The notes beneath the pieces were generated by a model. That model was not told the DNA's origin. It saw only the letters and a program-made list of their open reading frames with translations, and made no database searches. DNA of 55,189 nucleotides, the filler included, from Sluysia triapertura (lineage: Eukaryota): NCBI GenBank assembly GCA_046118255.1. It is 4 parts of 4 records of this genome, joined end to end, with 100 filler letters (N's around TTAATTAATTAA, not from the genome) between each part and the next. Parts side by side here need not be neighbours in the genome. Positions count along the whole stretch, not along the records: positions 26,196 to 42,709 come from JBJNIA010202374.1; positions 42,810 to 55,189 come from JBJNIA010115085.1; 2 more parts are not named here. The stretch is one strand, 5' to 3'. Shown here piece by piece: positions 40,548 through 55,189 of this stretch (its first letter is position 1; every line of letters starts with the position of its first letter). A program made the translations under genes and the position numbers.

Positions 40548-42595
40548 GTTCATATTTTAATGAATTTAACGAATTTTTGTCTCTTTTCTTCTTGCTTTTT
40601 TATTCTTATATACAAACTTGACGAAACCTTCAAATTTGTTCAATTCTTTTTTGTGTTGTTTGTTATGTATAAAATGAAAAACATTCCCAAAAGAACAGTA
40701 ATTTCAGCACTCAATCATATATCTCAACTAAATCTATTATAGTGTCGTGTAACAGGCCAAGATAATATCGTAACAGATGTTTTGTTTTCTATGAACCTCT
40801 TTTTTAACTATTAGTTTAATTACATTTTAAGTAATTTAAAAGTTTATTAATTTTAAATATTAATTTTCTATTTATTAATAGCAATTTTTAAGGACTTTGT
40901 AGAAAATATTTATTTAAGTTTTTTAAAATGAGTAGAAATTATAAGGAGAATATAATTTGTTTCCAGTTGTATCTACTTTCAGACTACTTATTGCCTACAT
41001 CTACAAAAAATGACTGATTTGTAATATTCATTATTTTAATTGGGTTTAGGGCATTTTTCCTGTCTGGGATGTGTCAAAATTATGATTTCATATTTGAAAA
41101 ATTTCCATCGAAATTATGATTTCATATTTTCGAGGCTGTTAATGTTGAAAAAGTTATCACTACTTTGTTTCCAATGTGGTCTTTGGATGAAATTCTTATT
41201 TATATACTTGCGTGCATATCTTGTACGGACATCGAAATTGAAAAGTTATTGTTGGATGATGCTGTTCCTAACTTATCTTATGAATTATTTCAGCAAATGA
41301 GTCGCATGAAATCCGCATAAACGCTTTAATTCATTTTCCACTTATAGTCATTTGATTGTTCATGTATATTTTTTTTTGCATCTTTGCTGTTGTCCTGTCC
41401 ATCATGTTGGTTATAGTAGTTAGAATTTAATTTTAATTTTCTTGATTTTGTCTATTCCTGAATTCCAACAAATAAGGATTTATTGAGTTTTCTGGTTTGT
41501 TATAATGTGATTTCATCTTCACAACACCTACAATACATTTTAATCTTTTTTATATGAATTCATATATTTTAATATCAATATACAGAATTGGATTCCATTC
41601 ATCCAACCTTGATAAAGCATGATTTATATGTATATTGATATAAATTTCTTTTACTTTTTTAATTAGATTCTTTCAATTTCTTAATTTTTATACTAATATA
41701 AATGGATAGTTTATCCTCATCGACAAATTTTAAATCGATTTTATATATGTGTTTTATTAATTCTATTAATTTTATTAATTCTGTTATTAACTATCTATTC
41801 ATTTTCACTAACATACTTTTGATGTTAATGATAGACACTTTTGTTATGATCTATTTCTCTACAAGCCCGTTTATCATTTTTCTTAAATTGCATTATTTTT
41901 TATTTGTACTTTATTTTCTTATCTATAATTAGAAAATTGTAAAATATTAATAAACATAAGTGTTAATAATTATTTATATTTCATATTATGATAGACATAA
42001 AAATTGAACAAATTAAGTATGTAACATTTTTAAAATTCATTAATACTTATTCTAACAGTGTGCCTCAATGCAAATTATAATATATGTGCGATACATTCGA
42101 TTTTAATTTTATTCGGAATATACGTGAATTACGACACAAAATAATAAATTTAGTGATGAATATTATACTATAATAAGATTTTTATAACATTAATAGCAGC
42201 AGCAGTTTCTACAGCAACGTATGGTGCTTCAACCAAATTCCGTAGCTCAGCAACAACCTTCGTCGGTGCAATATATACAAACTCCTTCTGGACAAATGCT
42301 GCAGTTTGTACAAACACCTACTTCAGCTACTGCCAGTGCTACTTCTGTAACCGGAGCTCCGACTATAGCTCAAGGAGGAGCACATTTAGGACTACAACAT
42401 CATCAACAACAACAACACATTCAGATGGCAACTGATGTGAATGTTGCAGCTGGAAGTACTGTTACAGGAACTGGTGGCACAACAACTGTTCAATTAATTC
42501 AGCCGCACACAACCCAGTTTGTATCTCAATCGCAACCTCAACAAGTATGTTCTTGCCATTTTTATTATTGCTAATTTTAGGGTATGGGCGAGTGA
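32246..42595 (+). CDS. PBRM1: Polybromo-1 (PBAF subunit BAF180), 3' portion, spliced; 5' exons not found in the window
   Basis: Phase-consistent GT-AG exons: 32246-32343 (RPTAYPETSVYICQFKYFIEEKLAKKLKKGLK), 37489-37560 (KVQLSTKALDDEIFFFARELVPNK), 37944-38426 (EPSPLL..., Ser/Thr-rich), 38698-38817 (RKPPSGYVIFAAELRKKLKDENPGALFGDISREVGQM), 39829-39988 (WRDLSKAEKNIYVRKA...), 40049-40221, 42197-42544 (Gln-rich), 42581-42591/42595. The order matches my recollection of PBRM1: end of BAH2 (RPTEIPE...DDEIYYFRKPIVPQKEPSPLL) followed by the HMG box. Confidence 0.92.
32960..33350 (-). pseudogene. RSPH9: Radial spoke head protein 9 decayed copy, antisense within a PBRM1 intron
   Basis: Minus-strand manual translation with stops and frameshifts: LDSLQASLTFLKRKQKYSKVMFCGCIHGINGNYDI / GIGIDEMHKKN*CSSDCLNW / FEYVELK...KLKKEYRLAVIIH*IDQEVFIVPK / ENRNY. 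This is colinear with recalled RSPH9 (SLLTSLMLVKRDYRYDRVLFWGRILGLVADYYI...YSLNCTEW...IKEETRLVSVIDQIDKAVAIIPRG...VNRTF). Weaker possible C-terminal traces (LALPGL near 32.62 kb, PQNYGSIF near 32.46 kb). Confidence 0.78.
35100..35155. repeat. (ATT)n microsatellite
   Basis: Seen directly. Confidence 0.95.
40513..40545. repeat. (AT)n microsatellite
   Basis: Seen directly. Confidence 0.95.
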
Positions 42596-42709
42596 GGGCT
42601 TCATTATTATTTTTATTTTATAATTTTTTAGCTTTACGAAAATAAGTTTAATTAAACAAAAACAATTAATTAGTTTACGTTTAAAATTTAACAAAAAGGG
42701 CTTAAAGCC

Positions 42710-42809
42710 NNNNNNNNNNNNNNNNNNNNNNNNNNNNNNNNNNNNNNNNNNNNTTAATTAATTAANNNNNNNNNNNNNNNNNNNNNNNNNNNNNNNNNNN
42801 NNNNNNNNN
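42710..42809. other. Artificial assembly linker
   Basis: Same 100-nt structure. Confidence 0.95.
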
Positions 42810-42886
42810 AGCGCGATCGCGCTCCTGGCACTTTCGGCTAAAGTACCGAGGAGCGCGATCGCACTTGTTGGCACTCAAAGGGTTAA
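42810..42886. mobile_element. piggyBac-type element end next to an assembly gap
   Basis: Ends GGCACTCAAAGGG|TTAA; GC-rich with an internal inverted repeat GCGATCGCGCTCCT...AGGAGCGCGATCGC. Confidence 0.7.
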
Positions 42887-43197
42887 TTATAATTATATGA
42901 TTATTTTTAAAGCAATTGTATGATGTTAAATAGTAAAATATGCGACAAACAAATAATAAAATATTTGATGATGAAAAGCTAAACAATATAAATAACACTT
43001 TATAATTTCTTCACTCATTTATACAAGAGTTAATCAACAAACAAAAATTCTATTTGGAGCGTTCTATCAATTTATTAGCAGTTTTTCTATAAAACCACTT
43101 TTTCAATCGATCGACAATGAAATTGGAAAATTTTCGATAAATTGTTTTTAAGGACAGTCAAATTGGAAACATTTTTTAACAATTGTCCATGCAATCG

Positions 43198-43330
43198 TGT
43201 GGTGGCCAACCTTATTATTCAAAATTTTAAATTCATTACATCACATTAAAAATTACATGTTTGTAACATCTCAGAATTTAATTCGATTAAAAATCATTAA
43301 ATTTGCATTTTAAATTTATTTTAAAATAGT
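43198..43330 (+). repeat. Truncated member of the TGTGGTGGCCAAC family
   Basis: Terminal motif plus a TAACATC.CAGAATT block. Confidence 0.5.
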
Positions 43331-43458
43331 AATTTAAATGGAATTTCTTTTAACATCTCCAATTCCATTAATGTACAAGTTTTCCATCAATAATCATTTT
43401 ATACAATTTTATAATTAAGTAATAATAAAAGAAATGATGAAGAAAAGAAGGTTTATTT

Positions 43459-43589
43459 NNNNNNNNNNNNNNNNNNNNNNNNNNNNNNNNNNNNNNNNNN
43501 NNNNNNNNNNNNNNNNNNNNNNNNNNNNNNNNNNNNNNNNNNNNNNNNNNNNNNNNNNNNNNNNNNNNNNNNNNNNNNNNNNNNNNNNN
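43459..43589. other. Scaffold gap
   Basis: Run of N without the linker. Confidence 0.95.
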
Positions 43590-45655
43590 ATTATCATTAC
43601 TAATTAATTTCGTCATTTTTTATCTGACACTTTTAATTTTACAATGTCTTTGCCAACATAAAAATTTAATTTACAACTGTCATCATTTGACAGTTGTATT
43701 TCATAAACAAATCATTTAAAATTCGTGTAGCAACAATAATACTTGTTATTGGCTAACCAATAAAACATTATTATCTCGGTTGCAACATCAAATGTACAAA
43801 AATACACAATTTCATTACCCAATATAGCAGTTACAATTTTAGTAAAAACACTAGCGCGCTCAATAATTAGATCTCAACAATTTGGTCAAAAAGTTAAAGT
43901 ATTATTAAAGTAGCAATAGTTGGAATTTTGTACAAAAACAGGTAACTTAGCAATAATAAAGAATTTAATTGTGTTTGTCTTAGTTGAGGATACTTGATCA
44001 ATATCCTCTTTTATTCGATCGATTTAGCTTAGAAATTAAACCGGTCAAATCAATAAATTTTATTTTAATTGTTATCATAATCGACAAGAACTACAAGATC
44101 ATAAATCGTTTCTGTCGTGTGACCAAGTGAACCGAATTACAAATACCATGTTTAATGAATCAAAAAATAGAACATTTGAAACTAGAATTAACGATCTATT
44201 AAATCGTAATATATGATGTTTACATATATTGAAAACTTCAGACCTTTTCTAAATTGAAATGATTTTCAGTATATTCTTAGAAACTCAAAATAACATTGTT
44301 GATTTGAATTTATAATTTGGGCATAATAAAATTTTTTCAAACTTAAAATAGTTGTGATTTTGAGTAATATTTGTAATTAAATATAGTATTAGATAAACTT
44401 TTAAAAAGACTAAAATTGACATTGCACAATCCACGATAAATCTTGCCCAAAATATATAATTGTTTCAATATAAATCTACTTGTACCTCCATATAAGTTCT
44501 TCTAAAATACTGCTTACAACTTAGCCCTTAAGTGAGCAAGTCTAAGAGTGTAAGAGACTCACAGCATAAGTAAATAAAACAATTTAAGCAAAGTCTTAAC
44601 ATATGATAAAACATTGACAATTATATATGTTTTGTACATAAACTTGTATCATAAAAAAGTAAAATTTTAGCTACTATATTATTTATTTGATAAATTTTAA
44701 GTTTGTTATTTATTTTTGTTGAAGATTAATTTAAAAGATTGAATTTCATTAAGAAATTTAATTCAAGCGTTGAGAAAACACTTAATAGACATTAATAGAC
44801 AGTTTGCTTTACCAGCATTGAATTAAGGACCCTTATACGCAGATTTTTGACTAAAACCTGTAACTGTCTTCTCTTAGGATACAAATTACAATATTACAAG
44901 CGAACCCATAACAATAAAATTTATTATTGCAAGCAAAAAGAGAAAAGCACACAGCGATATTATATTATAGTTAGGGAGTAACGAAAACACTATAGAACGA
45001 GACAATAATTTAAGGCCGGAAGTTATGAAAGTATTGTGAAACGATAAATGCAATACCTAAGAAGGATACGTTTGAATATATTAATAAATACTGGAGGAAT
45101 ATTAACTAATTCAGAAAAAGAATTGGAATACTTTGTACAAATCTTTCTTAATCGATATTTTGCACATATCGATTGGACATATCTCAAAAAAATTCATTAA
45201 CAGTGGCCAGTGTTCAAGTTCGTGATATTTAGAATTGCTTGTGAATCATAAAAGTCATAAGTTTATTTCTGGTAGGATTTGTAAATTTACAAACTTAAGT
45301 GTAACTTAATAAATTTGTAATGCTGTTATTTTTCCTTTAAATATGCTTCGATGATTTACATACGAAGACTCTGCTTCAGGATTGTAATGTCAATTCTACG
45401 ATAAATACATTCTATTTTTAGCAAAATATTATTTTCCAGTTGAATTGCTTTTACTAAATAATTGATATTTATTCAACTATAAGAATACTTTTCTTACCGA
45501 TACTTTAATAGACAAAGACAAAATATCTAAAAATTATTGTATAACTATAAAAAAAATTATTATCCCTTTTTACTAATGCTTTAATTTAGAATAATCAACA
45601 AAACAAAATGTCTAAACAAATTTGTAAAATACGATTATAAAAAGAATAAAACATC

Positions 45656-45714
<59 letters not shown>

Positions 45715-45718
45715 TAAT
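45656..45718. repeat. (AAT)n microsatellite
   Basis: Seen directly. Confidence 0.95.
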
Positions 45719-46676
45719 ATTAAATTAATAATTAAGATACATCTTAATTGAATCAAAGGTTTAATTTAATTTTGAACCAGGATTTTACCTATGAATTTAA
45801 TCCTGCAATAATTGTAGGATAAAACTTAAAATAATCTCACGACTTCATGGAATTGAATAATATTCGCTAATAATTATCTACAAGAGAGTCTTGTTAAATA
45901 AAGTCCGTTAATTATTGTCCAATGGATTGGAAATAGAATATTGCTTAGATAGTGACGAATTGATTAAATAGTCACTAATTGTCGATCCTAATCATTAACA
46001 GCACTGTCGTACTTTTTGTGTTTTGTGGTGCATGAAAATTATCGTTTTTCAATGCTTTTACATTCCACGAAGTCATAAAAGAGCGATAATAATTTTCAAA
46101 TAAATTTTTTTAATTTACATCACACAAAATTTTAATGAAAAAATTTTAAATTCTTTGAGCTTTAAATTACTTACTTATTTACAAATTTGCAATATATATT
46201 TAAAATATTCACAAATACAATATTTTTGCTTTCAATATTACTTATTTTTACATATTATATATTTCGCGAAAATTATACGAAAATATTCATTTGAAAATAT
46301 CTACAGCATTGTACAATAATTTATTATTAATTTGGTGATAAAAAATTTAATCCAGTCAATATTAGTAACAATAGCTAAAATGAAGAAACATAAGTAATTA
46401 AGAAGTAGTATCCCTTTGTAATAACTATAGAAAATAAAGAATCGGAATTAGAGTAGATATGAAACAATATAAAATATATCTGTTAAAGATTAAAAAAGAA
46501 GGACAAGAAAACGATTTAATCACAGCAACTAATTTAGCGAACCAATCATAAGACCCTCACATCGATATTCCAATTTAAATCATTATCAAAAAATACCATT
46601 AGGGTTGCTGACTCTAGGCGAACCCCTTACTAATTACTTGGTGTAAGTAAAAGATTTAAATTTACTTTTAAATTAG

Positions 46677-46743
46677 TAATAGTAATAATAATAATAACAA
46701 TAATAATAGTAACAATAATAATAATAACAATAATAATAATAAT
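46677..46743. repeat. Imperfect (AAT/AAC/AGT)n microsatellite
   Basis: Seen directly. Confidence 0.9.
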
Positions 46744-47183
46744 GTTTTCTCTTACAAATTCAGGTAAGAATTAATAAATTTAGTAATACATAATTTAACG
46801 TATAATGTTAACATTTTCATGATGAAATGTTAACTTAAAAAGTAGAAGTATTTTAGTTAAAACATCCGATTAGAAAACTTAACGCTGAAAGCTGATAATA
46901 TAACGAATAATGAAATATAACAAGCAAAATATGTAAATTTCTCTATATTATACATAAATAATAAAATTCTAATAAGAATTAGATAAGTACAAATATCATT
47001 ATTATAAGTACATGGATATTCATGAATTAGTTCAGATTTTCAAATGGTACAGTCGAAGTATTGAAATGCATTCAAATGTTAACTCTATATAACTGAGATT
47101 TTTTAGATTAAATGGAATTATACAACGAAATATATTATTTTTATACAATTAAAAATAAAGTCAAAAATATAAATACAAAATTA

Positions 47184-53601
<6,418 letters not shown>

Positions 53602-55189
53602 TGTATTTCAAAACTTTTTCGAAATTATACCAACCATCGGAGTCAAACTATCACAATACACACAAAATGCATACGACAAAGTTCAATTAAAAATATTACA
53701 ACTAATGCCCTTTGAACGAAATAAATCAATTAAAGATTACTATTAATTCAATTTAAAACAATATTGAATTAAAAAAAAACGACTTCGTCCTAATAAATAG
53801 ACATATTTAAACAAAATTTAAAGAGTGCCTCAATTTTAGTAATAATTTTCATTTTAGATATTAATCAATTAGCCATAATTTATCATTCTCGTAAATTATA
53901 AAGTATTTTATCTTCTTGAGAGGATATAGTTTTGATATTGTCTTTTGACAATTGAGTCAATATTCTTGATAATTGTACCTCAAGGTTTAATATTGTATTA
54001 ATTGTTTAAGACTTTAGTTTTTAACAAAATCTAACTGACTTAGGAGTTCATGACTATGTCACTATCATAACTGTAATTCTATACTTTAGCAATGAAATGC
54101 GTAATTCTTACTATAGTAAATAAAGATACTAATGTGTTTCGCACAATTAACAAAATAAAAATAATTCTACATAAAAAGACATTAACAATGTTACTTTAAG
54201 TTTAATATTACTCGTTAAAATTAATATTTATCTTATATAGATTTTAATAACATTACCATAAAATTTTGAGAATGATTTTAAACAAGCTGCCTTTCACTTA
54301 CAACAAAGAAGAATAAAAATCTTAAATGGAATCCCAAATGAGTGAATATACTCCGAATTAAATTGAATTAATTATAAGATCTAAATATTTTCTTTTTATT
54401 TTTAAAAATTTCTAAATATTTCCTCTCATATTAAAAAGTATACATTGCGTTTTTGTTATAAAGTGTAAAGTAAAAAATATTTTGTGTTTATTTATGTTTT
54501 TGTTAAAATCAATATTATTATTATGAAAATAAATTATTAAATAAAATTAAAATTTTATATATAACTTGAAATTAATAACTAATTATGTAAATATTTAATT
54601 TTCAATAAATAATAATAATTAATATTTCTAATTCTATTTGTTTAAATTTATATTTTGTAAATATTTAATAATTAATTTTATAAATATTTAATCTTTAATA
54701 ATTTTATTTGTAATTAATTTTATAAATCTTTAATAATTAATTTTATAATTTTATTAATTAATTAATTTTATTTGTTTAAACTAACTAATTGCTGGAATTC
54801 ATTTTGGACGACCATTTTGTTAAAAAATTTATTATAAATAGAAGTAAGAATTTTAATAACGACACAATTTTTAGAATTTAAGTTCAAGAAGATTTAAAAC
54901 CATTTTTTAGAATTGAGTTTTCGGAGAAAATTTGTTTTTTGAAGAAAATATTTGGTAAAAGAAAAATTTATTATCCAAGAAGATTTCCAGAAGAATTTTA
55001 TTGTCAAAAAGAATCAATTTTATTTAAGCAGTTCCATGTTTATAAAGTAATTTTTGTTTATATAGGTTTTATAATATCACCCTAAGTGGGATATTTAATT
55101 TTCGACTTAAACTATTTAATAATTTTCTGCGACACCTTAATTACAGGGTCGCGTAATTTAGTTTAAAATAAGATAACGATCAACGCAAC

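Noticed and set aside
43368-43400. MIIDGKLVH as the missing PHYHD1 distal-His exon
   Set aside because: Followed immediately by a stop, lacks the S..N.S..R motif, and lies next to a repeat copy.

Overview
Very AT-rich eukaryotic (animal-like) genomic DNA, not prokaryotic. It has spliceosomal genes with very short introns (33-66 nt) as well as multi-kb ones, many (ATT)n microsatellites, and many decayed mobile elements. The window appears to be four separately assembled pieces joined by artificial 100-nt linkers (44 N + TTAATTAATTAA + 44 N) at 14823, 26096 and 42710, so adjacency across them is not evidence of linkage. Best-supported genes are the 3' part of a polybromo-1 (PBRM1) gene on + (end of BAH2, HMG box, Gln-rich tail; 32.2-42.6 kb) and the 5' part of PHYHD1 on - (47.2-53.6 kb). 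Each has a broken copy of an unrelated host gene antisense in its largest intron: RSPH9 inside PBRM1 and NMNAT inside PHYHD1. Also present: an Unkempt-type CCCH zinc-finger fragment, orphan exons, Tc1/Tc3/mariner, Tigger, hAT and piggyBac-type remnants or MITEs, L2/CR1 and Gypsy fragments, and a repeated tRNA-His-like unit. The tiny introns, base composition and a motile-cilia gene remnant would fit a ciliated invertebrate with a compact genome such as an orthonectid, but this is a guess. I found no convincing new multi-gene system. The most unusual observations are an intron made almost wholly of (ATT)n, a GT-AA intron in the NMNAT copy, and the nested gene-fragment pattern. All homology calls come from manual translation and recalled protein motifs, not database searches.
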